A stretch of DNA of 64,000 nucleotides from Gammaproteobacteria bacterium (GTDB lineage: Bacteria; Pseudomonadota; Gammaproteobacteria; GCA-001735895), in assembly GCA_050295575.1 (NCBI GenBank), contig JBNKPX010000001.1, positions 28,884-92,883 on the forward strand, read 5' to 3'. This document shows positions 10,552 to 20,345 of the stretch, in pieces; position 1 is the first letter of the stretch, and every line of letters begins with the position of its first letter. Position numbers and translations under genes: made by a program. The notes under the pieces were generated by a model. It worked only from the letters and a program-made list of their open reading frames with translations, was not told the DNA's origin and searched no databases.

Positions 10552-10764
10552 ATGACCTATCGTATTGAAACCACTGATCCAGTGACAGGAACATCCATAA
10601 AACAACTGATGGATATGCCATACGTTGTTGAGAGTAGCGAAAAGGATGACCTGGTCATTTACTTCGAGTCAGAGCAAACCAGAGAGATATATCTGCAAGA
10701 CCCAAATAATCACGAACTAGAGCATTATAACTCACACCCCGGAACACCAAGAATAGTTTCCTGA
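10552..10764 (+). CDS. small hypothetical protein
   Basis: 70-aa ORF starting after the G-rich RBS 'aatgggggga'. A clean intrinsic terminator follows directly. The track ORF begins upstream at 10474. Confidence 0.4.
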   Translation: MTYRIETTDPVTGTSIKQLMDMPYVVESSEKDDLVIYFESEQTREIYLQDPNNHELEHYNSHPGTPRIVS

Positions 10765-10769
10765 AAAAA

Positions 10770-10797
10770 AAGCCACTGAAAAGTGGCTTTTTTTATT
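10770..10797. terminator. rho-independent bidirectional terminator
   Basis: An A-tract, then an 8-bp stem 'aagccact'/'agtggctt' with a 'gaaa' loop, then a T-tract. It lies between convergent genes. Confidence 0.7.
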
Positions 10798-10809
10798 CCG
10801 TTAAAAAAT

Positions 10810-12246
10810 TCAAATAGCATCAGATCGAATCACCAGCATTTTCTCAACCTGCATGTCTCTGAAAGTATGAGGGATTCCTCCAACCCCCAGGCCTGATTGT
10901 TTCAACCCTGCAAAAGGCATCCAGTCAACCCGAAACGCAGTGTGATCATTAACCATGACTGCTGAGGCATTCAGATTTTTGTAACAATACAAAGCGTTAT
11001 CCAGATTAGTTGTGGCTACTGCAGCCTGAAATGAAAAAGGAACATCATTCGCCATCTGTACCGCCTGCTCCAGCTCATCGTAAGCATAGATGCAGATTAC
11101 CGGCCCGAAAATTTCCATACGACTGACCTTACTATTCATATCAGGTTCGAGTAAAACTGTGCAATCGTAACAATTATTATGGATGCGTTTACCACCCGTA
11201 ACCAATGTTGCCCCTTCTTCGACAGCCTCATCAACCCATTGAGTAATACGTTGCGCTTCCAGTGGTCGAATCAAAGGTCCGATCTCAGTATTTTCATCAT
11301 TAGGATCGCCACACTTCAAGGCATTAGCCATCTCGGCCAGTTTTGCAGTGACTTCATCTACAACTGATCGCTGTGCAAATACACGCTGTACTGATACACA
11401 TACCTGTCCAGCATGGTAAAAGCCACCTTTAGCCAGCAGCGGCAGGGTTTCATCAAGATTGGCATCTTCGCAGATGATAACCGGCGCTGCCCCACCATGT
11501 TCCAGTGCACATCGGGTACCGGGTGCCAGCTTTGATCGTAACATCCAGCCTACCCTGGCACTGCCAATAAAGCTAAAAAAGCCAACCCGTGAATCGCTGA
11601 CCAATTGTTCAGAAATCTCGACACTTTCAGTCATAAGGGCCATAGCATACTCATCCGGTAAGCCGGCCTCACGCAAAATACCCAATAATCTAAAACAGGA
11701 TAAAGGTGTATCCTCGGCAGGTTTTACGATTACAGGACAGCCAGCAGCCACTGCTGGAATGACTTGATGAACGATCAAATTCAGGGGATGGTTAAATGCG
11801 CTAATAGCGACGACGACGCCAACTGGCTCGAAACTGGTCATAGCCATACGATGGGCAGAAGCCGCATTGATATTCATCGGAATCTCACGTCCAGCATTGT
11901 TGCGTAGACATTCGATAGTGTTATGCACACCATCTATGGCACGTGCAACCTCCACCCTGGAGTCACGCAATGGCTTACCACCTTCACGCGCGGCTTCATT
12001 CGCCAGATCATCGGCCATAATTTCCATAATCGCCGCAGTACGTTTAAGAATATCCAGCCGTTTTGCAACCGGCAACCAGCGCGCACGGTCTCTAAAAATT
12101 GAATACGCAAGCTCCAGTGCATGTTGAATAGCATCAGAATTAAGCTGAGGCACTGAACCAATTATCTTGCCACTCCAGGGAGAAGTTACTGATAGGCGAG
12201 CAGTTTCATGGGTACCCGGAACCATATTGGTAAAATCGTTATTCAT
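10810..12246 (-). CDS. NAD(P)-dependent aldehyde dehydrogenase family protein
   Basis: 478 aa with ALDH-superfamily blocks including 'ALEHGGAAP' and a catalytic cysteine region 'AGQVCVS'. It is co-oriented directly downstream of the TPP enzyme. Confidence 0.85.
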   Translation of the reverse strand: MNNDFTNMVPGTHETARLSVTSPWSGKIIGSVPQLNSDAIQHALELAYSIFRDRARWLPVAKRLDILKRTAAIMEIMADDLANEAAREGGKPLRDSRVEVARAIDGVHNTIECLRNNAGREIPMNINAASAHRMAMTSFEPVGVVVAISAFNHPLNLIVHQVIPAVAAGCPVIVKPAEDTPLSCFRLLGILREAGLPDEYAMALMTESVEISEQLVSDSRVGFFSFIGSARVGWMLRSKLAPGTRCALEHGGAAPVIICEDANLDETLPLLAKGGFYHAGQVCVSVQRVFAQRSVVDEVTAKLAEMANALKCGDPNDENTEIGPLIRPLEAQRITQWVDEAVEEGATLVTGGKRIHNNCYDCTVLLEPDMNSKVSRMEIFGPVICIYAYDELEQAVQMANDVPFSFQAAVATTNLDNALYCYKNLNASAVMVNDHTAFRVDWMPFAGLKQSGLGVGGIPHTFRDMQVEKMLVIRSDAI

Positions 12247-12278
12247 CTCTATACCTCTTTATACCTTGTAACTATCGC

Positions 12279-13916
12279 TTAAATGGGACACACCAGCTTG
12301 CCGAGTTTTTCTGTAAGCTTCATATTTTCAGAATAATCCACCGGACAGTCGATGACTACCACGGTGTTATCCTGCCTGGCCTGTTTTATTGTCGGAATTA
12401 AGTCTGCAGCCTGCTCTATACGATAACCTTTTGCACCGAAACTTTCTGCGTATTTGACGAAATCCGGATTTTTAAAGTTGATATTGGTCTCTCGCCCAAA
12501 ACGACGTAACTGATGCCATTTAATCAGCCCATATTCACTGTCATTCCAGATCAGGATAATGACCGCTATATTATAGCGTAGGGCGGTCTCTATCTCCTGC
12601 GAGTTCATCATAAAGCCTGCATCTCCGGTGACGGTTAAAGCCGTAACCTCAGGATGAGTTAGCTTAGCAGCTATCGCCCCAGGCACACCTATCCCCATAG
12701 AAGCAAAACCATTTGAAATGATGCAGGTATTGGGGCGCTCGGCCTGATACATCCTGGCCATCCACATCTTGTGTGCACCCACATCGGAGATAACAATATC
12801 TTCATCATCCAGTGCCTGACGTAAATCCCAGATGATGCGCTGTGGTTTTAGCGGAAAAGAGTCGTCATTAGCATGCGCAGATAGCTCATCGACAATTGTC
12901 TCACGTAGATTACCATGAGAATTATCATTAACACGTCTGGTTTCGCTAGCGATGCCTTTTAACGCAGCCCCAATATCTCCAATTACACCACATTCAACTA
13001 TGTAATGCTCATCAACTTCAGCAGGATTCATATCCACATGAATAATCTTCTTGTCCTTATTGCCGTGCCACAGATGTGGATGATATTCCACCATGTCGTA
13101 ACCGATACAGATAATGACATCGGCCCGGTCAAAGCCACAGGCTATATAATCCCGCGCCTGCAAACCAACGGTACCCAGAGAAAGGTGGTGGCTAAACGGG
13201 ATTGCCCCCTTGGCCATGAAGGTTGTCGCAACCGGTAGATTGAGCTTTTCTGCAAACTCAATCAATTGATCACTCGCTTTGGCACGAATGACACCATTAC
13301 CTGCCATCACTATTGGAAAACGAGCGTTATTAATGACCTCTGCTGCCTGCAGTATCTTTTCCCGCGGAGGAACCGGACATAATGCGGATTGAACCTTAAG
13401 CGGCCGCTTATCTACAGTCAGTTCCATATGTGCGATATTCTCTGGCAGATCGATAAAGCTACCGCCCGGCTTTTCTGCTTCCGCCGATTTAAAGGCTTTA
13501 CGTACGATCTCCGGGATAATCTCGGGCTCCCTGATTTGCACACTGTATTTGGATATTGGGGCAAACAGGTTAACCAGATCCAGAATCTGATGACTTTCCT
13601 TATGCATGCGAGTAGTAGCACCCTGACCAGCTATGCCAATAATGGGGGCTCTATCCATATTGGCATCAGCAAAACCTGTGACAAGATTGGTTGCACCAGG
13701 GCCAAGTGTCGCCAGACAAGCACCCGCCTTTCCTGTTAAGCGCCCATAGACATCAGCCATGAATGCTGCACCCTGTTCGTGTCGAGTGGTGATAAATTGA
13801 ATTTTGCTATCGATGAGTGAATCCATCACATCCAGATTCTCTTCACCTGGGATGCCGAAAATGTAATCAACACCTTCATTTTCCAGGCATTTAACAAATA
13901 AATCACTCGCTTTCAT
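12279..13916 (-). CDS. Thiamine-diphosphate enzyme of the acetolactate synthase family (catabolic ALS / sulfoacetaldehyde-acetyltransferase-like)
   Basis: 545 aa. The N-terminal TPP-enzyme Pyr domain 'GIPGEENLDVMD' and the TPP-binding 'GDAGFMMNSQEIETA' motif are present. No ilvN-like small subunit is adjacent. Confidence 0.8.
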   Translation of the reverse strand: MKASDLFVKCLENEGVDYIFGIPGEENLDVMDSLIDSKIQFITTRHEQGAAFMADVYGRLTGKAGACLATLGPGATNLVTGFADANMDRAPIIGIAGQGATTRMHKESHQILDLVNLFAPISKYSVQIREPEIIPEIVRKAFKSAEAEKPGGSFIDLPENIAHMELTVDKRPLKVQSALCPVPPREKILQAAEVINNARFPIVMAGNGVIRAKASDQLIEFAEKLNLPVATTFMAKGAIPFSHHLSLGTVGLQARDYIACGFDRADVIICIGYDMVEYHPHLWHGNKDKKIIHVDMNPAEVDEHYIVECGVIGDIGAALKGIASETRRVNDNSHGNLRETIVDELSAHANDDSFPLKPQRIIWDLRQALDDEDIVISDVGAHKMWMARMYQAERPNTCIISNGFASMGIGVPGAIAAKLTHPEVTALTVTGDAGFMMNSQEIETALRYNIAVIILIWNDSEYGLIKWHQLRRFGRETNINFKNPDFVKYAESFGAKGYRIEQAADLIPTIKQARQDNTVVVIDCPVDYSENMKLTEKLGKLVCPI

Positions 13917-13964
13917 GGTACTGCTCTCCTTAATTTTTGTTATATATAAACCCTTAATAGATGT

Positions 13965-13997
13965 TCATCTTCACTTAAAAGTTTCAAGTGAAGATGA
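13965..13997. promoter_or_regulatory. 12-bp perfect inverted repeat in a divergent promoter region (candidate operator)
   Basis: 'tcatcttcactt' - 9 nt - 'aagtgaagatga' in the AT-rich gap between the ALS-like/ALDH operon and the rubrerythrin operon. Confidence 0.35.
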
Positions 13998-14180
13998 GTT
14001 GATATATAGAAGAATTATTTAGTAAATACAATGATAGTCAATTAATCAATTAACTATTTAAATCGATCACATTGCAAAAATTAAATATACATTGACGTCT
14101 CACTTGTTAGACTAGCAGCCATGTGTAATCCAAGAGCACATAAATTCTCATTAACTTTTCAAACAATCTACGGAGGCATT

Positions 14181-14600
14181 ATGTCCTTAAAAGGATCAAA
14201 AACAGAGCAAAACCTGAAAGACGCTTTTGCTGGTGAATCTCAAGCTAATCGTCGTTACCTGTATTTCGCAGCAAAAGCGGATGTTGAAGGTTATAACGAT
14301 GTATCGGCTGTTTTTCGTTCAACTGCTGAAGGTGAAACAGGGCATGCACATGGTCACCTGGAGTATCTGGAAGAAGTTGGTGATCCGGCAACTGGTATGC
14401 CAATTGGCAGCACTTCAGATAACCTGAAAGCTTCTATCGCTGGTGAAACCCACGAATATACCGATATGTATCCTGGTATGGCTAAATCAGCTCGTGAAGA
14501 AGGCTTTGACGAAATCGCTGACTGGTTTGAAACTCTGGCAAAAGCCGAGCGTTCACATGCCAACCGCTTCCAGAAAGCACTGGATAACCTCGAAGGTTAA
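14181..14600 (+). CDS. Rubrerythrin-family diiron protein (no rubredoxin domain)
   Basis: Ferritin-like ExxH pairs ('[12 protein letters not shown]', 'AGETHEY', '[10 protein letters not shown]'). The RBS 'ggagg' sits 5 nt before the ATG at 14181. The track ORF starts 60 nt upstream. Confidence 0.8.
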   Translation: MSLKGSKTEQNLKDAFAGESQANRRYLYFAAKADVEGYNDVSAVFRSTAEGETGHAHGHLEYLEEVGDPATGMPIGSTSDNLKASIAGETHEYTDMYPGMAKSAREEGFDEIADWFETLAKAERSHANRFQKALDNLEG

Positions 14601-14692
14601 TCCAGCTTGATGTACCGGTCAGACCCGGAGTCTTGCTGACTTCTGGTTTGACCATTCATTCTCTATTCACCTACTACATAGAAATCATTGAT

Positions 14693-16024
14693 ATGGCAAC
14701 ACGTGAAGGCAGTTTACAAGCTCCAACCCGACATCCATTAGGTCAGAACGACCCTGATTTTTATAATGAAGAAAAGCTATTCGATGAACTCGAACGGGTA
14801 TTTGATATCTGTCATGGCTGCCGACGTTGTGTCAGTCTATGTCAGTCATTCCCTACCCTGTTCGATCTGGTGGATGAATCAGAAACCATGGAAGTCGATG
14901 GCGTCGATAAAAAGGATTACTGGAAGGTTGTCGATCACTGCTATCTATGTGATCTGTGTTACCTGACTAAATGTCCCTACGTGCCACCGCATGAATGGAA
15001 CCTGGATTTCCCGCATGTCATGTTGCGTGCTAAGGCCTATGGTTACAAAAACGGCAGAACCAAAATACGCGATAAAATAATGACCTCGACCGATACCATC
15101 GGTAAGCTGGCCAGTATCCCTATTGTGGTCAATGTGGTGAATGCAGCGAATAAGAACCCGCACAGCCGCGGATTACTCGAAGATCTACTGGATGTCCACA
15201 GTAAACCGAGATTACCGGCCTATACCAGTAACACACTATCTAAAAGAACAGCTTCGCACAAACCTGATCTATCTCAGGTTAAAGCGACCGAAACCACCAC
15301 CGGCAAGGCTGCCATCTTTGGCACCTGTTACGGTGAATACAACGAACCCCATCTGGGTGAAGATTTAATCAAGGTATTCGAACACAATGGTATTGCCATT
15401 CAGGTGATAAAGAATACCCAGTGCTGCGGCATGCCCAAGCTTGAACTGGGCGACCTCGACACGGTTGAAAGCCTGATGAAGCATAACATCCCCATCATGG
15501 CAAAACTGGTCGATGATGGCTGGGATATCATTGCCCCGGTCCCGTCCTGTACACTGCAATTCAAACAGGAATTACCGCTGATGTTCCCTGAAAATGAACA
15601 GGTCATCAAGGTTCAACAAGCCATGTTTGACCCCTTTGAATACCTGATGCTCAGGCATAAGGAAGGACTTTTAAGTACCGATTTCAAACAGTCTCCCGGC
15701 AAAGTCAGCTACCACGTTGCCTGTCATCAACGCGTACAGCGCATAGGTAATAAGACGCGCGATTTACTCAAGCTGATTGAAGGCACCGAGATTGACACGA
15801 TTGAGCGCTGCTCGGGTCATGATGGTACCTACACCTTCAAGAAAGAGTCGCATGATTCAGCCATGAAAATATGCAAACCTGTGGTTAATCGCGTTAAAAA
15901 AGAACAACCTGATGTCTACACCAGTGATTGCCCAATGGCTGGACATCATATCTCGATGGGTCTGGATGACGGCACGGATTCGGTACACCCGATCACTCTG
16001 CTGCGACAGGCTTACGACTTATAA
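14693..16024 (+). CDS. (Fe-S)-binding oxidoreductase with two 4Fe-4S motifs and CCG domains (GlpC/HdrD-like)
   Basis: Two 4Fe-4S motifs: 'CHGCRRCVSLC' and 'CYLCDLCYLTKCP'. CCG-domain signatures 'TQCCGMP' and 'CSGHDG..DCPMAGHH' are also present. The start could be 14633 or 14693. Confidence 0.75.
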   Translation: MATREGSLQAPTRHPLGQNDPDFYNEEKLFDELERVFDICHGCRRCVSLCQSFPTLFDLVDESETMEVDGVDKKDYWKVVDHCYLCDLCYLTKCPYVPPHEWNLDFPHVMLRAKAYGYKNGRTKIRDKIMTSTDTIGKLASIPIVVNVVNAANKNPHSRGLLEDLLDVHSKPRLPAYTSNTLSKRTASHKPDLSQVKATETTTGKAAIFGTCYGEYNEPHLGEDLIKVFEHNGIAIQVIKNTQCCGMPKLELGDLDTVESLMKHNIPIMAKLVDDGWDIIAPVPSCTLQFKQELPLMFPENEQVIKVQQAMFDPFEYLMLRHKEGLLSTDFKQSPGKVSYHVACHQRVQRIGNKTRDLLKLIEGTEIDTIERCSGHDGTYTFKKESHDSAMKICKPVVNRVKKEQPDVYTSDCPMAGHHISMGLDDGTDSVHPITLLRQAYDL

Positions 16025-16041
16025 ACATTGAGGATTTAAAC

Positions 16042-16632
16042 ATGAATGATACTCACCAATTATCCAGAAAAGACCTGTGGTCACTGGAAGAATATGCAGA
16101 AAAGCGTAGTGACTATCGCCAGCAGGTGATGGCACATAAAAAGAATCGTAAGGTAGCGTTAGGCCCCAATGCAACGCTGTATTTTGAAGACAGACTGACT
16201 ATTCGTTATCAAATTCAGGAAATGCTGCGCATCGAAAAGGTATTCGAAGCCGAGGGCATTGAAGATGAATTACAGGCATACAACCCTCTGATTCCTGATG
16301 GTAAAAACTGGAAAGCCACCTTCATGATTGAATATGGGGATCCGGAAGTTCGTGCCGCTCAGCTAGAAAAAATGGTTGGCATTGAAGAGCTGGTCTGGGT
16401 TCAGGTAAACGACATGGACAAGGTCTGGTGTATCTCGAATGAAGATCTGGAACGTACAACGGCAACAAAAACCTCTTCGGTTCATTTCATGCGCTTTGAA
16501 TTAAGCGATGAAATGATTACTGCCCTAAAAAATGGCGGCGAATTGAAGATGGGCGTGGAACACAGCGTCTATACCCATCAACTGACTATTGATGGCGACA
16601 GCAAAACCTCCCTGATCAACGACCTCGATTAA
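16042..16632 (+). CDS. DUF3501 family protein
   Basis: 196 aa with a good RBS 'gagga'. This family is typically the third member of a rubrerythrin / Fe-S oxidoreductase / DUF3501 cluster. Confidence 0.65.
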   Translation: MNDTHQLSRKDLWSLEEYAEKRSDYRQQVMAHKKNRKVALGPNATLYFEDRLTIRYQIQEMLRIEKVFEAEGIEDELQAYNPLIPDGKNWKATFMIEYGDPEVRAAQLEKMVGIEELVWVQVNDMDKVWCISNEDLERTTATKTSSVHFMRFELSDEMITALKNGGELKMGVEHSVYTHQLTIDGDSKTSLINDLD

Positions 16633-16633
16633 C

Positions 16634-17089
16634 ATGAAGGTCTGGGTAGATGCAGATGCCTGCCCGGTAGTCATCAAGGAAATATTGTTTAAGGCTGCAC
16701 ACCGAACCGGGGTGCAGCTTACTCTGGTTGCAAACCAATCTATCAATGTTCCTGCTCTCAGCAATATTAAAATGCTCAGAGTCTCCTCGGGATTTGATGT
16801 AGCCGATAATGAAATTGTCAAACGTGTAGAACCTGGTGACCTGGTCATTACCAGTGATATCCCGCTGGCAGATGAGGTATTACAGGCCAAAGCAGTGGCC
16901 CTCAGTCCTCGCGGTGAATTATTCACTAAGGAAAATATCAAGAGCCGCCTGAATATGCGCGACTTTCTGGAATCCATGCGTGCAAGCGGAGTACAAACTG
17001 GCGGGCCAGCATCATTCAGTCAGAGTGATCGACAGACCTTTGCCAATGCTCTGGACAGGTACCTGACTCAGAATCTGAACGACTCCTAA
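16634..17089 (+). CDS. yaiI: YaiI/YqgE-type UPF0178 (DUF188) protein
   Basis: The hallmark N-terminus '[12 protein letters not shown]' is present. The gene starts 2 nt after the DUF3501 stop, so it is translationally coupled. Confidence 0.8.
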   Translation: MKVWVDADACPVVIKEILFKAAHRTGVQLTLVANQSINVPALSNIKMLRVSSGFDVADNEIVKRVEPGDLVITSDIPLADEVLQAKAVALSPRGELFTKENIKSRLNMRDFLESMRASGVQTGGPASFSQSDRQTFANALDRYLTQNLNDS

Positions 17090-17180
17090 CGCCACTTTAT
17101 GTCCAAGCTGGCACTATAGAGTTCATGTTCTATAATATGTTTATCATCTAAATTATTGATAAACCAGACATTTATATAAC

Positions 17181-18407
17181 GTGAATAAACTTTGGTATTT
17201 CCCATTCTTATTGCTAAGCAGCTTTTTCTTCTTCAAGCCGGTGACAGCTGATCTAAAGGTCACAACATCGGCCGATGAAGAAAGCAATCGTGTGGCATCG
17301 TTTATAGTCACCCCAAATCACAGAACAATACTTCAAGGCATCAGACGGAATGCCTCACCGACTGAAATTCCAGCGCAAATACCCTTCACCGTTCAGTTAA
17401 CGGATGAAATCGATAAGAACGACAATCTAAGGTGGGAAATACGCATTATGGATAAGGCAATAGGTCGTATCAAAGTCATTTCAAGCTTCAAAGGCTCTTA
17501 CATTAAGATTAAACCGGGACGCCTGTGGCGTTCAGATGAGCTGGATTCTTCAGTCAAACAGCGAACCACTTTAGTATTTAAACCCAGAATTCAACTTCAT
17601 CAGCCTCCGCTATATAAAAAAGGCAGATCATCATATGACACACGACAAAAATACGGTGGCGGCACCACTAAATATAACGATTACATATACAATCCCAGGC
17701 TAAGCTACACGGTAAGCGTAAATATTTTACATGCCGGTAGTATCACCAAAACCTACTCTACAACCATCCAGCAGGATGACCAGGACTTACTTCGCCAGGA
17801 GTACATCAATCACTATGGACGCTCAAGGTATGGAGCCGGCGATAACGGAAATATCCCCATCCCCAAACGCGATGAATTAATCAAAGCCCCCAAGCAACAG
17901 ACTTATCTCTCTGGAAGTACATATTCACAGAGTATCTATAGCGTGATGGTTGAAGATGGTGTCATCCAGTTGGCACAAAAGATTGCGCATGCTTTTGAGC
18001 AAAAAAGCGAACAGCTAAGGCAACATAAGAGCGACTTTGTAGATCTACGTGGAAACACGCTGCCCATCACAGAAAAGAAGCCCTGGCTTAGCAGCGGCTG
18101 GCGTAATCCAGAACGTAATGAATGGTACAGTAATGCTATCAACAGCATCCACCAGCGTGGCGCGGCTCTTGATCTCATACCCAATGAACAACCGGGAACG
18201 AGGCAGAGTGCCGCTACTTACTGGCTGTTGTGGCAAACGTTGAATGACAAACAATTCAACCTTGAAGGTTTCTGGCAACTCGAAACTCTGAGTCGACCTT
18301 TGAAAACACGAGAATACAAGCAGGACATAAAACCCGAAAATGGTATACCTGATGCTTTCGATATTGCTGATCACCTGCATATTCAGCTAGAAGTGTTTGA
18401 TGAGTAA
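17181..18407 (+). CDS. secreted protein with a C-terminal peptidase M15A / DUF882-like zinc-peptidase motif
   Basis: Signal peptide 'MNKLWYFPFLLLSSFFFFKPVTA'. Near the C-terminus 'SGWRNPERNEW' and 'SIHQRGAALD' match the SGYR and SxHxxGxAxD signatures of YcbK/M15A peptidases. Confidence 0.5.
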   Translation: MNKLWYFPFLLLSSFFFFKPVTADLKVTTSADEESNRVASFIVTPNHRTILQGIRRNASPTEIPAQIPFTVQLTDEIDKNDNLRWEIRIMDKAIGRIKVISSFKGSYIKIKPGRLWRSDELDSSVKQRTTLVFKPRIQLHQPPLYKKGRSSYDTRQKYGGGTTKYNDYIYNPRLSYTVSVNILHAGSITKTYSTTIQQDDQDLLRQEYINHYGRSRYGAGDNGNIPIPKRDELIKAPKQQTYLSGSTYSQSIYSVMVEDGVIQLAQKIAHAFEQKSEQLRQHKSDFVDLRGNTLPITEKKPWLSSGWRNPERNEWYSNAINSIHQRGAALDLIPNEQPGTRQSAATYWLLWQTLNDKQFNLEGFWQLETLSRPLKTREYKQDIKPENGIPDAFDIADHLHIQLEVFDE

Positions 18408-19251
18408 CAAACTCCTTTCTGTATTTTTAATTTGCTGGGTGTGGCCGATATCACTCTATGCTCAGGGATTTTTCGCAGAAAGCTTTGAATATGAAGGCAA
18501 AACCCTGCCTGAGTATGTGGACCAAATCACTGCTGAATATCTAAAGGATTCATCACAACCTGTGCAGAAACGGCTACAGCAATACCAGAGTTATAGCGAA
18601 TTACTTCAGCAGCCACATGATAGCAATCAACAAGCCACCTGGTATTTTATTCAGGGATTGAACAATCTGAATATCATCAGCATTCTGCAACAGATCCAGA
18701 GTGAGTCAAATATTGATCATCAATCAGAGATTGATAAGTACAATCGCCGCTTACAACAGGCCTTTAAAAACGCCATAGCTAGTGATAAAAATTCACATGA
18801 ACTAAGCGCAAGCATGTACGCAACCATGCAACGTTCGCTTGAAGGCGATTTAAAAATTGAAGCGATTCAGAATGAGCTCAGACTAGGTGCCAGTGGTGGT
18901 AGTGAAGCCAGCTACTGGTTTAAACACTGGCATCTTATAGGTGCTTTAAAAGATGCTGGAAGGTTTGAGGAAGCTGAGCTTGCAGTAAAAAAAATGAATA
19001 ACGAGCTTAAAGCAGTAGGCTTACAGGATTCAGCCTATGCTCAAATACCTCAACGTGTTGCGCAGGAAATATCACAGGCTCGCATTCTATACAAAACTCA
19101 AACTAGCGAAAGCGATAAAGAACCAGTCGTAAAACAACGTTCGGAGGTAGAAATGTTCTTAAGCCAATACTGGCACCTGGTTCTGATCGACAGCATGTTA
19201 CTAGTGTTTATAATCATTACTGGCTTGATGAGGTTTTTCAAGAAGAACTAA
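18397..19251 (+). CDS. hypothetical exported protein with a C-terminal TM anchor
   Basis: The start overlaps the previous stop ('atgatgagtaa'). It has an N-terminal signal peptide, an alpha-helical Gln-rich body and a hydrophobic C-terminal helix 'LVLIDSMLLVFIIITGL'. Confidence 0.45.
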   Translation: MMSNKLLSVFLICWVWPISLYAQGFFAESFEYEGKTLPEYVDQITAEYLKDSSQPVQKRLQQYQSYSELLQQPHDSNQQATWYFIQGLNNLNIISILQQIQSESNIDHQSEIDKYNRRLQQAFKNAIASDKNSHELSASMYATMQRSLEGDLKIEAIQNELRLGASGGSEASYWFKHWHLIGALKDAGRFEEAELAVKKMNNELKAVGLQDSAYAQIPQRVAQEISQARILYKTQTSESDKEPVVKQRSEVEMFLSQYWHLVLIDSMLLVFIIITGLMRFFKKN

Positions 19252-19397
19252 TCAGTCAGCCGTGTCGATTTGACGAATATTTCCTGAAGAAACACCATAC
19301 ACCCTTTAAAACCCCACAGAATTGGGTGATGAATGCACACCCAGGTTTCAATACGATCAGGTAAAGAGTAACTAAGGGCCTTGAAAAGTATTTAGAA

Positions 19398-19967
19398 TTA
19401 CTTCTTCCATTTCGCCCAGGGATCAGAATCACTCACATCTGCCCCGCACGAAGAACCTTTAGATCCACTGTCACCCTTGCGAGTATCATCAAATTCACGT
19501 TTTTTTGAATATCCACTATCTCGTTTGCCACTAATTTTCTTGCCCGACCCTGATCGGAATCCGGGGTTCTCACCCCGCTCTGCCGACCTTCTCTCGCGCT
19601 TTTCGCGCAATTGCTCAGCATCTTCCAGGCTCAGTATCGCAGGTTCACCCGGCTTATGGCCATCTGGCACTATTCGATCTCTGGGTGATAATTGAAACTG
19701 CTCGTCAGATGCTCTGGGTAAATTTTTGTATTCATAAAGATAAAAGTTTTCAACCTTTTCACGTGCCCAGTCGGTTTTCTTAAGGAACTTCAAACTAGAT
19801 GCAATGGAAGGATTAGTCTTAAAACAGTTGATGTTTAAATAGGCAAAAAGAATATCAAAACCATAGTAGCCCACTACTTCAGTCAGCAGGCTTTTTAAAC
19901 TTACACCATGTAAGGGGTTATTCCTGTAATTTATTTCATCATTCATAGACATGCCTGCCTGGGGCAA
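19398..19967 (-). CDS. DUF2132 (VF530-like) protein with a basic, Ser/Arg/Lys-rich disordered tail
   Basis: The core '[57 protein letters not shown]' is paralogous to the adjacent 99-aa DUF2132 protein. The 90-aa C-terminal extension is low-complexity and basic. Confidence 0.6.
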   Translation of the reverse strand: MPQAGMSMNDEINYRNNPLHGVSLKSLLTEVVGYYGFDILFAYLNINCFKTNPSIASSLKFLKKTDWAREKVENFYLYEYKNLPRASDEQFQLSPRDRIVPDGHKPGEPAILSLEDAEQLREKRERRSAERGENPGFRSGSGKKISGKRDSGYSKKREFDDTRKGDSGSKGSSCGADVSDSDPWAKWKK

Positions 19968-19976
19968 AAAATTGTA

Positions 19977-20276
19977 TCATTTGTGTAATTTATCCTTTTT
20001 GAAATTATCCCAGGGAGATGGTTTTTCGACTGTTGCGATATATAAACTCTCAACCTTGTCTCTGGCCCATGGGGTCTTACGTAAAAATTTCAGTGATGAC
20101 TTAATGGATGGGTCACTCTTAAAACAATTGATGTCGATTCTCTGAGCTAAGCCAACCCAGCCGAAACGATCTACCAATCTCGTTACAACCTTTTCAAGCG
20201 TAACACCATGCAATGGATTTTTAGGTTGATCTTTATTCATGTAAGCTACTGTGCCGTGATTATATAATGATTTCAA
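19977..20276 (-). CDS. DUF2132 (VF530-like) small protein
   Basis: 99 aa; '[57 protein letters not shown]' matches the VF530/DUF2132 family signature. Confidence 0.65.
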   Translation of the reverse strand: MKSLYNHGTVAYMNKDQPKNPLHGVTLEKVVTRLVDRFGWVGLAQRIDINCFKSDPSIKSSLKFLRKTPWARDKVESLYIATVEKPSPWDNFKKDKLHK

Positions 20277-20345
20277 TCGTTTACTAAGTGCCTGCTATCA
20301 CTCCTTGGTATTTGCTTATTTACTGAAGCACTGATCAATAAGCAG

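Noticed and set aside
12279-13916. Anabolic acetolactate synthase large subunit (ilvB/ilvI)
   Set aside because: No small regulatory subunit (ilvN/ilvH) or ilvC follows it. It pairs with an aldehyde dehydrogenase instead, so a catabolic or other TPP enzyme is more likely. The family-level call is kept.
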